This document shows positions 47,080 to 61,255 of a stretch of 64,000 nt of DNA, piece by piece (position 1 is the first letter of the stretch; every line of letters begins with the position of its first letter). The stretch lies in assembly GCF_009914755.1 (NCBI RefSeq), contig NC_060925.1; one strand, written 5' to 3'. The notes under the pieces were generated by a model, which saw only the letters and a program-made list of their open reading frames with translations, was not told the DNA's origin and did not search any database. The position numbers and the translations under genes were made by a program. This stretch comes from the human T2T-CHM13v2.0 reference genome, Homo sapiens.

Positions 47080-50000
47080 TTTTCATTGTACTTTAAGTTC
47101 TGGGATACATGTGCAGAATGTGCAGGTTTGTTACATAGGTATAAATGTGCCATGGTGGTTTGCTGCACCCATCAACCCATCACCTACATTAGGTATGTCT
47201 CCTAATGCTATCCCTCCCCTCCCCACTCCCTCCCCTCCCCACCCCCAACAGGCCCCGGCATGTGATGTTCTCCTCCCTGTGTCCATGTGTTCTCATTGTT
47301 CAACTCCCACTTATGACTGAGAACATGCGGTGTTTGGTTTTCTGTTCCTGTGTTAGTTTGCTGAGAATGATGGCTTTCAGCATCATCCATGTCACTACAA
47401 AGGACATGAACTCATCCTTTTTTATGGCTGCATACTATTCCATGGTATATATGTGCCACATTTTCTTTATCCATTCTATCACTGATGGGCATTTGGGTTG
47501 GGTCCAAGTCTTTGCTGTTGTGAATAGTGGTGCAATAAACGTGCATGTGAATGATTTATAATCCTTTGGATATATACACCCAGTAATGGGATTGCTGGGT
47601 CAAATGGTATTTCTGGTTCTAGATCCTTGAGGAATCACCACACTGTCTTCCACAACGGTTGAACTAATTTACATTCCCACCACCAGTGTAAAAGCGTTCC
47701 TATTTCTCCACATCCTCTCCAGCATCTGTTGTTTCCTGACTTTTTAATGTTCACCAATCTGAGTGGTGTGAGATGGTATCTCATTGTGGTTTTGATTTGC
47801 ATTTCTCTAATGAACAGTGATGATGAGATTTTCTTCGTATGTTTCTTGGTTGCATAAATGTCTTCTTTTGAGAAGTATCTATTCATATCCTTTGCCCAGT
47901 TTTTGATGGGGTTGTTTGTTTTTTTCTTGTAGATTTGTTTAAGTTCCTTGTAGATTCTGGATATTAGCCCTTTGTCAGATGGATAGATTGTAAAAATTTT
48001 CTCCCATTCTGTATGTTGCCTGGTCACTCTGATGATAGTTTCTTTTTCTGTGCAGAAGCTCTTTAGTTTAATTAGATCCCATTTGTCAATTTTGGCTTGT
48101 GTCACAATTGCTTTTGGTGTTTTAGTCATGAAGCCTTTGCCCATGCCTATGTCCTGAATGGTATTGCCTAGGTTTTCTTCTAGGGTTTTTATGGTTTTAG
48201 GTCTTATGTTTAAGTCTTTAATCCATCTTGAATTAATTTTTGTATAAGGTGTAAGGAAGGGGTCCTGTTTCAGTTTTCTGCATATGGCTAGCCAGTTTTC
48301 CCAACACCATCTATTAAATGGGGAATCCTTTCCCCATTGCTTGTTTTTATCAGGCTTGTCAAAGCTCAGATGGTTGTAGATGTGTGGCATTATTTCTGTG
48401 GACTCTGTTCTGTTCCATTGGTCTATATCTCTGTTTTGGTACCAGTGCCATGCTGTTTTGGTTACTGTAGCCTTGTAGTGTAGTTAAAAGTCAGGTAAAG
48501 TGATGCCTCCAGCTTTTCTCTTTTTACTTAAGATTTTCTTGGCTATACGGGCTCTTTTTTGGTTCCATATCAAATTTAAAATAGTTTTTTCTAATTCTGT
48601 GAAGAAAGTCAATGGTAGCTTGATGGGATTAGCATTGAATCTATAAATTACTTTGGGCAGTATGGCCATTTTCATGATATTGATTCTTCCTATCCATGAG
48701 CATGGAATGTTTTTCCATTTGTTTGTGTTGTCTCTTATTTCCTTGGCATTGGTGTAATTCTCCTTGAAGATATCTTTCACATCCCTTGTAAGTTGTATTC
48801 CTAGGTTTTTTATTCTGTTGGTAGCAGTTGTGAATGGGAGTTCACTCATGATTTGTCTCTCTGTTTCTTATTGGTGTATAGAAATGCTAGTGATTTTTGC
48901 ACATTGATTTTGTACCCTGAGACTTTGCTTGAAGTTGCTTATCAGCTTAAGGAGTTTTTGGGCTGAGACAATGGGGTTTTCTAAATATACAATCATGTCA
49001 TCTGCAAACAGAGATAATTTGACTTCCCCTCTTCCTATTTGAATATCCTTTATTTCTTTCTTTTGCCTGATTGCCCTGGCCAGAACTTCCAATACTATGT
49101 TGAATAGGAGTGGTGAGAAAGGGCATCCTTGTCTTGTGCCAGTTGTCAAAGGGAATGCTTTCAGCTTTTGCCCATTCAGTATGATATTGGCTGTGGGTTT
49201 CTCATAAATAGCTCTTATTATTTTGAGATACGTTTCATCAGTACCTAGTTTATTGAGAGTTTTTAGCATGAATCGGCTGTTGAATTTTATCAAAGGCCTT
49301 TTCTGCATCTATTGAAATAATCATGTGGCTTTTGTCATTGGTTCTGTTTATGTGATGAATTACGTTTATTGATTTCTGTATGTGGAACCAGCCTTGCATC
49401 CCAGGGATGAAGCCAACTTGATCATGGTGGATAAGCTTTTTGATTTGCTGCTGGATTCAGTTTGCCAATATTTTATTGAGGATTTTTTCATCGAAGTTCA
49501 TCAGGGATATTGACCTGAAATTTTCTTTCTGTGTTGTGTCTCTGCCAGGTTTTGGTATCAGTATGATGCTGGCCTCATAAAATGAGTTAGAGAAGAGTCT
49601 CTTTTTTTCCATTGTTTGGAATAGTTTCTGAAGGAATGGTACCAGTTCCTCTTTCTACCTCTGGTAGAGTTTGGCTGTGAATCCATCTGGTTCTGTGCTA
49701 TTTTTTTTTTTAGTTTGTAGGCTATTAATTATTGCCTCAATTTCAGAACTTGTTATTGGTAGTATTCAGGGAATCGACTTCTTCCTGGCTTAGTCTTGGG
49801 AGAGAGTATGTGTCCAGGAATTTACCCATTTCTTCTAGATTTTCTAGTTTATTTGCATAGAGGTGTTTATAGTATTCTCTTAAGGTAGTTTGTATTTCTG
49901 TGGGATCAGTGGTAATGTCCCCTTTATCATTTTTATTGTGTCTATTTGATCCTTCTCTCTTTTCTTCTTTTTTAGTCTGGCTAGCAGTCTATTTTGTTAA

Positions 50001-53000
50001 TCTTCTCAAAAAACCAGCTCCTGGATTCATTGATTTTTTTAAGGGTTTTTCGTGTCTCTATCTCCTTCAGTCCTGCTCTGATCTTAGTTATTTCTTGTCT
50101 TCTGTTAGCGTTTGAATTTTTTTGCTGTTGCTTCTCTGGTTTTTTTAATTGTGAAGTTAGGGTGTTGATTTTAGATCTTTCCCACTTTCTCATGGGGGCA
50201 TTTAGTGCTTTAAATTTCCCTCTACACACTGCTTTAGCTGTGTCCCAGATATTCTGGTATGTTGTGTCTTTGTTCCCATTGGTTTCAAAGTGTTATTTAT
50301 TTCTACCTCAATTTTGTTATTTACCCAATAGTCATTCAGGAGCAGGTTGGTCAGTTTCCATGTAGTTGTAAGGTTTTGAATGAGTTTCTTAATCCTGAGT
50401 TTCAATTTGCACTGTGGTCTGAGAGACTGTTTTTTATGATTTTCGTTCTTTTGCATTTGGCGAGGAGTCTTTTACTTCCAATTGTGTGGCCAATTTTAGA
50501 ATAAGTGCTATGTGGTGCTGAGAAGAATGTATATTCTGTTGATTTGGGGTGGAGAGTTCCGTAGATGTTTATTAGGTCTGCTTGGTCCAGAGCTGAGATC
50601 AAGTCCTAAATATCCTTGTTAATTTTCGGTCTCATTGATCAATCTAGTATTAACAGTGGGATGTTAAAGTCTCCCACTATTGTTGTGTGGGAGTCTGAGT
50701 CTTTTTGTAGGTCTCTAAGAAGTTGCTTTATGAATCTGGGTGCTTCTGTGTTCAGTGCATATGTATTTAGGATAGTTAGTGCTTCTTGTTGCATCGATCC
50801 CTTTACCATTATGTAATGCCCTTCTTTGTCTTTTTTGATCTTTGTTGGTTTAAAGTTTGTTTTATCAGAGACTGGGATTGCAACCTCTGCTTTTTTTTTT
50901 TTTTTTTCTTTTGCTTTCAATTTTCTTGGTAAATATTCCTCCATCCCATTATTTTGAGCGGATGTGTGTCTTTGCACATGAGAAGAGTCTCCTGAAAACT
51001 GCACACTGATGGGTCTTGAATCTTTATCCAATTTGTCATTGTGTCTTTTAATTGGGGCATTTAGCCCATTTACATTTAAAGTTAATATTGTTATTTGTGA
51101 ATTTGATCCTCTCATTGTGATGCTAGCTGGTTATTTTGCACGTTATTTGATGCAGTTTCTTCATAGTGTCAATGGTCTTTACATTTTGGTATGTTTTTGC
51201 AGTGGCTGGTACCAGTTTTTCCTTTCCATATTTAGTGATTCCTTCAGGAGCTCTTGTAAGACAAGCCTGCTGGTGACAAAATCCTTCAGCATTTGCTTGT
51301 CTGTAAAGGATTTTATTTCTCCTTTGCTTATGAAGCTTAGTTTGGCTGGATATGAAATTCTGGGTTGAAAATTCTTTTCTGTAAGAATGCTGAATATTGG
51401 CCCCCACATTCTTCTGGCTTGTGGGGTATCTGCAGAGAGATCCGCTGTTAGTCTGATGGGCTTCCCTTTGTGGGTAACCTGACCTTTCTCTTTCGCTGCC
51501 CATAACATTTTTTCCTTCATTTCAACCTTGGTGATCTGACAATTATGTGTCTTGGGGTTGCTTTTCTCAAGGAGTGTCTTAGTGGTATTCTCTTTATTTC
51601 CTGAATTTGAATGTTGGCCTGTCTTGCTAGTTTTGGAAAGTTCTTCTGGATAATATCCTGAAGTGTGTTTTCCAAATGGTTCCATTCTCTTCATCACTTT
51701 CAGGTACACCAATCAAATGTAGGTTTGGTCTTTTCATATAGTCCCATATTTTTTGGAGGTTTTGTTCATTTCATTCTTTTTTCTCTAATCTTGTGTTCAT
51801 GCTTTATTTAATTAAGTTGATCTTCAATCTCTGATATCCTTTCTTCCACTTGATCTATTCAGCTATTGATACTTGTGTATGCTTCATGAAGTTCTCATGC
51901 TGTGTTTTTCAGCTCCATCAGGTCATTTATGTTCTTCTCTAAACTGGTTATTCTAGTTAGCAGTTCCTGTAACCTTTTATCATGGTTCTTAGCTTCCTTA
52001 CACTGGGTTAGAACATGCTCCTTCTGCTCAGAGGAGTTTGTTATTACCCACCTTCTGAAGCCTACTTCTGTCAATTCATCAAACTCATTCTCCATACAGT
52101 TTTGTTCCCTTGCTGGCGAGGAGTTGTGATCCTTTGCAGGAGAAGAGGCATTCTGGTTTTTCAAATTTTCAGCATTTTTGTGCTGGTTTTTCCTCATCTT
52201 CATGAATTTATCTACCTTTGATCTTTGATGTTGGTGACCTTTGGATGGTGGTGACCTTTGGATGGTGTTTTTGCATGGGCTTCCTTTTTGTTGATGTTGA
52301 TGTTATTGCTTTCTGTTTGTTAGTTTGCCTTCTAACAGTCAGGCGCCTCTTCTGCAGGTTTGCTGGAGTTTGCTGTAGGTCCATTCCAGAGCCTGTTTGC
52401 CTGGGTATCCCCAGCAGAGGCTGCAGAACAACAAAGATTGCTGCCTGCTCCTTCCTCTGAAAGTTTCGTCCCAGAGGGGCACCTGCCAGATGCCAGCAGG
52501 AACTCTTCTCTATGAGGTGTCTGTCAACCCCTGGTGGGAGGTGTCTCCCCGTTAGGAGGCTTGGGGGCCAGGGACTCACTTGAGGAGACAGTCTGTTCCT
52601 TAGCAGAGCCCCAGCGCTGTGCCGGGAGATCCGCTGCTCTCTTTAGAGCTGGCAGGCAGGAATGTTTAAGTCTGCTGAAGCTGCACCCACAGCAGCCCCT
52701 TCCCCCAAGTGCTCTGTCCCAGGGAGATGGGAGTTTTATCTATAAGCCCTTGACTGGGGCTCCTGCCTTTCTTTCAGAGATGCCCTGCCCAGAGAGGAGT
52801 AATCTAGAAAGGCAGTCTGGCTACAGCTGCTTTGCCGCACTCTGGTGGGCTCCGCCCCATTCAAACTGCCTGGGGGCTCTGTTTACACTGTGAGGGGAAA
52901 ACCGCCTACTCAAGCCCCAGTAATGGCCGATACCCCTCCCTGCACCAAGCTCGAGTTCCAAGTTGGCTTCAGAGTACTGAGCTTGCAGTGAGAATTTCAA

Positions 53001-53557
53001 GCCAGTGGTTCTTAGCTTGCTAGGCTGCTTGGAAGTGGGATCTGCTGAGTAAGATCACTGGCTCCCTGGCTTCAGCCCCCTTTCCAGGGAAGGAAACAGT
53101 TCTGTCTCATTAGTGTTCCAGGCCCCACTGGGTTACGAAAATAAACTCCTGCAGCTAGCTTGGTGCTTGCCCAAATGGTCGCCCAGTTTTGTGCTTCAAA
53201 CCCAGGCTCTGGTGGTGTAGGCACCCCAGGGAATCTCCTGATCTGTGGGTTTTGAAGACCGTGGGAAAAGCGTAGTATCAGGGCCAGACAGCACCGTCCC
53301 TCAGGGCACAATCCCTCAAGGCTTCCCTTGGCTAGGTGAGGGAGTTCCCCCGCCCCTGGCACTTCCTGGGTAAAGCGACACACCACCGTGCTTCTGCTAG
53401 CCCTCCGTGTGCTGCACACACTGTCTAACCAGTCCCAGTGAGATGAGCCGGATACCTCAGTTGGTAATTCAGAAATCACCCACCTTCTGTGTTGGTCTCT
53501 CTGGGAGCTACAGACCAGAGCTGTTCCTATTCAGCCATCTTGCCCCACAAAAGATCT
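47080..53557 (-). mobile_element. Full-length older L1PA (L1PA7/8-like, about 6.5 kb), multiply disrupted
   Basis: 16-bp TSD CTGG(A/G)AGGATAATTTT (47064-47079 and 53558-53573, 1 mismatch). Long 5' UTR starting GGCAAGATGGCTGAATAGG; fragmented ORF1 (51179-52203) and ORF2 (FADD in 48868-49308). Confidence 0.93.
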
Positions 53558-54063
53558 CTGGGAGGATAATTTTATTGTGCAATAAATTTTGAATTTGGGT
53601 GTCCTACTAGTCTTTAGTGAAACAATCATTTTAAGTTTTTGGCTCACTTACATCACATTAAGCTAATTGGAAATTTCATCAGGTTTTCCAAGTCATTTAG
53701 GAGATGGAATTCGAAGTAAAACAAATTCCATCTCTTGCTCTGCCTATCTCCTAACCCCATTCCATCCTCCAAAATAAATGCAAACAATTCTCAATCATAA
53801 AAATATGGCTCTTAGTTACCAGAAAATTGCCATCCTCACTAAAATATGTAAATACTTCTCATTTCAAAATAGTTGTGTTAAATTCAAACTGCCTTAAAAA
53901 CCACATACCTCAGTATTTTGAAATGATTAAAAAGACTATATTAAGACTGTTTCTAGATTTTCAGAATTTATTTAAATTAAAAGAATACTTTGTACTTCCA
54001 AGAATCAATAATCATGGAACTTGAATTGATATTTTACACTTATTTTTTATATGTAAAGCCCTC

Positions 54064-54110
54064 ACCTCCCTCCTTTCCCTCCTTCCTTCCTTCCTTCCTC
54101 CTTCCTTCCT
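54064..54110. repeat. (CCTT)n pyrimidine-rich simple repeat
   Basis: cctccctcctttccctccttccttccttccttcctccttccttcc. Confidence 0.8.
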
Positions 54111-54124
54111 CATCAGATTAAAGT

Positions 54125-55450
54125 CATCAGGCAGGCTAGAATGAGGAAAGCTGCACAACCAGAGTCAGAACTCAGGAAGGAAGGTGCTGAGAAGGGCAAT
54201 AGCCTAATGAGGCTGAGGGATTGGTTATACACAAGGAGACTAAGCAAATAAATATGTTGAGGATAATGAGAGCTAAGTCAGAGAAGTGAGTTACAAATAT
54301 GAAAAGAGTTAAGCTAGAATGAACCCTATAGTGTTGGATTATAATTAGTAGTAGTGGTGTGAGTTCATGGTTTTAAATATTTTTAGATATAGAAATATAA
54401 AGGGATGTGTATGTGTGTAATATGCGTGTATGTATGTATGTACACACGTACATACATATATTTTCTACCTCTGTCCACTGACAGGGCCTAGTAGCAATGA
54501 GAACATACAGTACCCAGATCTTTCTTTCTAAATATCACTCTCTGAAAGAAACTAGGGGACCTTGGAGAAATAGCTGATTGCAGGGTAGGGACAACAAAGG
54601 TCCAAAATAAGCACAGAACATCTCATTTCACCAGAGAGTAAGTGCTCAAAGAATGGAGTAGTGTCAAAAGGACACAGAGTCAGCTTGAAGGGGCTCTCCC
54701 TGGAAAACCCTAAGACAATTTGGGCATCAAAATACATAGTGTTAGCAGATTAGATCACATTAGATGAAACAGGAATCCATCAATCCACATGGATGTCATA
54801 CCAAGGAGACAACAGAAATTCCTTCTCTAAAGTTGAATGCCAACTAATAAATGTTAGTGGAATGATGGAATTAGGATATCACCGTCTGGTGATCATCATG
54901 GTAAAAGTAATTAATTCAGGCAAGAAATATCAAAAAATGCTAGCACTCAGTGTGTAAGAGTTGGATAAGAAATGTGATATTTACCTTGTTTCAAACTGTG
55001 TCTCAATAAAATATTGTATATTACAAATGGAACAAAGAATTTATAGTGAAGAAGCTTAGCAAATACTAGCTTATGCAAATGACCAAACTTAACGTCACCA
55101 GTAACAGGAAATAAGATCATGGGTCATGTGATAGAGATAACATCACTTCTGTGATAGTCCCAACAAAATGCATAACCTGAATCTCATCATGAGGAAACAT
55201 CAGAGAAAACAAAATTGAGGATATTCTACAGAATAGCCAGCCTGCAACCTTCAAATACATAAAGTCCAGAAAGATCAGGAATGACTGTATTGTTCTGAAT
55301 TGAAGGAAACTAAAGAAATCTGACAAGTAAGTGTAATATGTGATCCCAAAGGATGTTGTTGGGACATTTGGTGTGAAACTTGGATGGAATCTCTGGGTGA
55401 ACATATGTAGGCATTCCTTAAAGTGTGCTTGCAAATTTTTTGTCAATTAA
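54125..55450 (+). mobile_element. L1MC-type 3' region
   Basis: Motifs ggagaaatagctgatt, cataacctgaatctcatcatgaggaaacatcag and attgaggatattctaca. Confidence 0.65.
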
Positions 55451-57099
55451 TTTCTTTTAACGTACAAACTTCTAACGCCCTTTAAAAAGCCCTCCCTAAC
55501 TTCCTCAGATTGTACCACTCCTCAGGTTTGCCTGTGATATATTTTCCCTTGCAAACTGCCTCTGTGTGATCTATACAAAACCAACCTATAATACTGTATC
55601 AGATCAGCAGCGCAGTATAGCAAAAGCGGTCAAAGTGATGCTAGACTGATGGAATACCTGTCGTTGTTGCCTAGTTTCATGGCCATGAATGAAGCTACAG
55701 CAGATAATTTACCTTCCTGCAATCTCTCCACTTGTGATGCTGTCTCTGATGCTGCTAGCATCACGGAGAAGGGGTTAGAAAGCTGGCATGAAGAGGGCTG
55801 CAAAGGTGAGTGGAAGCAGTGATTATTCCATACCCACAAAGGTCGCTAAGGAAAAAGGGAATTGCATACTAGGTGCATAGCGTATGATCCATCCTTAACC
55901 CGAGAGAATCCCAAGTTAAGATTACGCTGGCATTCGTTCCAAAAATTCCCTCTAGAATACCTTCCTCCTGCTTATTTTGGGGCCAGATGTCTAAAAGAAA
56001 GGGTGAATGAAGAATAAACCAAATTCCCCTGATACCCACATTTCTTCCTACTTGTGTAGGAGACATTTCAAATAAGCACTGGCAAGATGCAATGTATGTA
56101 ATGGGCACTGAGCATAATTGATGTTGTTTCTTATGTACTTTTATAATACATTCTACAAAAAAGTTCATAAAGACTCCAAACTTTCCCAGCTTTCATTTTA
56201 AGATATCATGAGCCAGGAGAAAAATTTGTTCTATTTGTTGGGTGGTACATGGGGATAACACCTCATTCATATGAAGATGGAATTCTCAACCCCGCACAGA
56301 GGCTGTGCACGGAAACTGTGATTTTTGGTCCTTATTCGGAGACATATTCAATTTTATTTAATATCTGGCTCTTGTCATATTTGCTTAATTGCTTTCCAGC
56401 AGAAGAGCAGATTCAAAGCAGGAAAACCTAAAGGGTAGCTGGGGAGTGGTCAGGAATATGTGAGCCAGGCACAGTGACAGAAGAGACTAGTGGGTGGAGG
56501 AAGAGCTAACATCCAAGCTAGAATTTCATTACAATGCAAGGCAATCAGAAATATTAAAACAAACACAAGGAAAGCATAACTCCAAAAAAGGCTAATTATT
56601 ATCTACATTCTTCGCTTGAGAAGACAGAGGAATTGCTACCATATTAATAAAAAGTTTACATAGAATTATTTAAAGAGAAGGCCAGTTACATGAATTATCT
56701 TATGTAAACTACTTCCCCCCACGCATCTTACATATATAAAGTTTTACAAGAAGAGATCCAAACACTGAAGAGTTCGGTACCATATTATAATAATGGTGAT
56801 CAAAGTTCTAAGAAGAAAAGGGCTGTAAGTAAGATGGAAATAAAAGGACTAATCACAAGTGGTTCCGTAATAAAGTCTTTTGTGCTTTTAAAGTGCAAAG
56901 CAGGTGTGAATAGACATTTCTTCCCACATACTTTGTTCATTCGACTATTAAATATTTATTGAGTGTCTGCTATGTGCCGTACACAGATCTTCATATAGGG
57001 GATGCAGCAGTAAAGAAAACCAACAAAATTCTCAGTCTTCCTACAGCATATCATCTAGTCAGGGGATACAGGAAATAATTTTATCACACTTAAAGGGTT

Positions 57100-58480
57100 T
57101 TATAGCTAGAAGAAATTTGGGTCATATCAATAACAATTAACCTAAGAATCTCTAAAAATTGCTCCCCTAACATTCATTTTAACAGCTAACACACTCTGCA
57201 GAGAAAAATTTTAAATGCACATTTCTTATTTTAAAGTGTCTAATTACTCATTTTTAAAGTAGAACTTTTTGCTATTTTCTTTCGTGCTTTTCTGCTAAAT
57301 ATACCCAAAAACTGAATGTCCTTTACATTAAAGTCTGACTGTATCTTCAAACTCATGACTACTTGTATCTTTGCAGTAATGTGGCTGTAAATGTATAATT
57401 GTAATAAGTTTCAAATAGTTTGAGAGCAATTGGATTTGCAGAGAGTTCATCTCTGTAGTGCATTTTCAAAATATTATTTTGAAAATTATATTTTGCTTCT
57501 GAAAGAAAGGCAACCACTAATGGAAAAACTTAATGTCTTAAGTAAGTGCTTAATTTGGAATACAGAAACCAGTATAATTTTAAAAAGAAAAATATTCTTT
57601 GTAGAAACTGTAAATTCTCCCATTATAACAGTGAACAGAGCTCCAGGTAATAATGCATAGGCATGTCAGGTTGCATCTGTATACTTGACTACATTAGTAT
57701 TAGTGACATCAGGCAGATATATAAGAAAACCCTTGGAAAAAGAAGTGCCTTAGCCATGATTTCAGAGAGAAACCATTAGTAGACCTATTTATGATTCTAT
57801 TACAGTTTTCAGATAGGATGTGAACATGGAATTTCATTGAAAATAGTTTAATTTTTTATATAAAAGGTTTTGTATATAATGTGTATCAGTGACTATTTTC
57901 AAAATCATTTTCATCAAGACACCTTTTTTCTAAAATGGGCATTGCCTACACACATGCACACACATGTACATGCACGCGCACACATTATTTTTTATAGTGT
58001 TGGGTTTGATTATTAAAGTGTTGTCAAATCTGTTTTATTTATCTGCATATAGCAGTGATTGGCTTTTTTGAATTGAAATGTTTGCACATTGATGCATTGA
58101 AATAAGGAAAATTATTTATCTCTGAGCACTAAACTTACTTTTGCATATTTCTGTAGTATTGCAATCCCCAGATCCAGATCGTGGGAAGTTAGGGAAAATG
58201 TGTGATTTTGTGTTTTGAATTACTGTCAGAATTACATACACAGTTACAACAAACTTTATTTAAAGGACATTTCATTATACTGTAAAAATCTCAATATTTA
58301 TATTTCTTGTTTTTCTCTTTATATATTTTGCATTTTAATATGTTGAGCCACTGGAAATTTGTAACAGATTAATTTGTTATAGGAGATTAAATGTGTTGTC
58401 ATTGTCTCCATTGTCTTTGTCCAGAGCCTATTATTATGGAAACAATAAAATTTATTGTGTCAAAAAAAAAAAAAAAAAAA
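57100..58480 (+). pseudogene. Probable processed retrocopy of an mRNA 3' UTR (parent unidentified)
   Basis: AT/U-rich non-repeat sequence ending in AATAAA (58444-58449) with a 19-nt poly(A) (58462-58480) 12 nt later. No ORF; 5' boundary uncertain. Confidence 0.65.
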
Positions 58481-59004
58481 GAAAAACGGTCACAATGTAA
58501 TGTTGCTAACAGCTCAGTAGAGGGTGCTGTAACTTAAAGCTGAAGAATGGCTCTCGGATAGATTATGAAAGCTGAAAGGTGAATGCAGGCAGGAGGAGGT
58601 AAGAGGAAAGAAAAATAAGTGGATCTTTACTTTTTGAAAGTACATCACTGCAGTTATAGATCCTTGAAGTACACCAACAAATGATACAGAACTAAAATAT
58701 GATTTTAAACCTGAGTGTAACACGTTTTTTGTTTTAAAAAATATTCTCTGTCCATATTCACTCACTGTGCACTACAATATAACGAAAAAACAACAAAAGA
58801 AATGTAATACATTTATCTTTTAAAATTATATTATATATTGCAAAATCGATTACATCAGCATCCTTCCACCAATAATAAAATTAAAGGTTCATATTGAGTC
58901 AGGACTTTTATGATTCCTGTGAATGATTTATCCATGACTCAGTAAGCCTGAAGTGTATAATGTGACTTTAAGCTGCAAAAATGGACTGAGATGGTTAAAG
59001 TTAG

Positions 59005-59306
59005 TTTTCTTTTCTTTTCTTGCTTTATTTTATTGAGACGGGGTTGCCCAGGTTGAAGTGCAATGGCATAATCATGGCTCACTGCAGCCTCAAACTCCTG
59101 GGCTCAAGTGATCCTCCTGCCTCAGCCTCCCGAGTAGCTAGGACTACAGACGTACACCACGATGCTCAACTAATTTTTAATTTTTTTTGTAAACACTGGG
59201 TCTCACTATTTTGCCCCGTCTGATCTCAAACTCCTGGGTTCAAGGAATCCTCCCTCCTTGGGTTTCCAAACTGCCTGGATTACAGGCATAAGCCACCATG
59301 CCTGGC
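59005..59306 (-). mobile_element. AluJ followed by L1MB-type 3' fragment (to about 59720)
   Basis: Reverse Alu with atcatggctcactgcagcctc; then gtacagttcagtggcat...ccctggcaaccaccattctact. Confidence 0.8.
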
Positions 59307-61255
59307 CTTATTTCTTAATTGTGGTAAAATGCACATAACATAATATTTACCGTCTTAACCGTTTTTAAGTGTACAGTTCAGTGGCATAAAGTACATTCAA
59401 ACTAGTGCAACCAAACTCCAGAACTCTTCATCTTACAAAATGGAAACTTTGTACCCATTAAGAGTAACTTCTTATTCCTCCCTCCTGGAAGCCCCTGGCA
59501 ACCACCATTCTACTCTATTTATGAATTTCACTACTCTAAGTACCTCATATAAGTAAATCATACATTGGTCCTTTTGTGACAGGCATATTTTATTTAGCAT
59601 AATGTCCTCAAGTTTCATTCATTTGTAACATGTCAGAATTCCTTTCTTTTTAAAAGCGCAATCATATTCTATTGCATGTATATACCACATTTCTTATCCC
59701 CTCTTCATGACAGACACAAAGTTTGATGCAAGTATCATGGGTTTTGAGGACACAGCAAATATAATTAAGAAATGTCAGCTAACAGTTCTCACAATAAAGT
59801 GAAAGAGAAGCTGCTGCCTTGGGCAAGTTACTTGCTCAGAGTTTGTTGAAACAAAGAATATGTGAATTTTTCTCCTGTACCAGATGCGAGCTGTGCAAGA
59901 CAGCCAGGGTGGGGTTGTCTTAGATTTTTTTCTGAAAGGGATTTCTGGAAGAAATACAGATTTCAGCAGGGGAAAAAATGTTGAGGCACCATCAGATGTC
60001 TAGCACCTGAAAAAGGAGACGTAAGTGACCAGCCAGGGGGAGAGTACATGATCCCCACTAAGCAACTACATGAGAGATCCATAGTAACAGGTGGGGTAGG
60101 GAGTCTCCACATAACTCACAAAACAGACCCATAAGAGAAAGAGAGGGCTTTAAAAGCTCTCAGGGCAGAGAACATAGGGCTACTCACAACTATATTAGTG
60201 TCAAGTAAGAACCTGCTAACTGCCCGCTTCCTCTCCTCGCTATCCTATTGTGACTCTGATGTGGTTAGCGAGCTAGAGAAGGAAGAATCCTAGACGGAGA
60301 AAAAAGAAAAAGGCAAACACATCCACTTTCTCCACTGCAGGCTTTTGGTCTGAGCTGGCCTGAGTGCAGGGAGAAGAAGTTTTAGCTTGAAATTGAGGTT
60401 AAAGGTTTGATGACCACCCTGGGTCTAACATATGAATTCCTTTTTGGAAGAAGCTTTCATTAACTGGAAGTGGTAAGTTATAGGAGTTGCCCTTTCATCT
60501 AGAGCAAGGGAAGAATTTATCCCACAGAAGAAATTCAAAGTGACCCGGGGAATCACAGTTAAAATTGTCTATAATTGCATCTGCCAGTCATGCTTGTTTC
60601 CAGACTTAAAATATTCAGCTACAACTGTCTCCTAAACATGAAGATATTTAAGAGAAATGAACGGAGATAGCTGTTAAAGAAACATCCTAAATTCTAGATG
60701 CTTAACATGTATTATTCTTATTTAAGTCTTATAACATTTCCTCAAAGTTGGACTTAATACCTTTTTTTACGTATGTGAAAAGTGATTATCAGTGAGATTG
60801 AGTGACTTTCCCAAATGACAGAATCATGACTCATATCCCTGTTTGTCTGGTTCCAACCACCTTGTCCTTTCTAAATATCATCTTAGTTCACATTTCCTTC
60901 TCTTAGACATCTTCATCTTCTAGCAAATTAACTGAAAATCTCTAAGTTCCAGTTTCCTTATGTACAAGTCCAAATTCATAATGCCTGCTCTGCCATCCTC
61001 CAAAGAATATTGAAAGAATCATGAGATACACACACTACACTCTAAAGCACTCCATTAACTCAAGAATACTATTATTGGTGGAAGAGAGCAATATCTTTTG
61101 TCCTCACTCTTCTGCAGACAGAAGAATTATACTGGAAGTAATAACATGTGTTTGAGGATCAAAAATCATCATCATAAATTGTTTAGAATATACTATCACA
61201 CTAAATGTCATTATGTCTTCTCTTAAGAAAAAATGTTTAAAAATAAGCATAAGCT

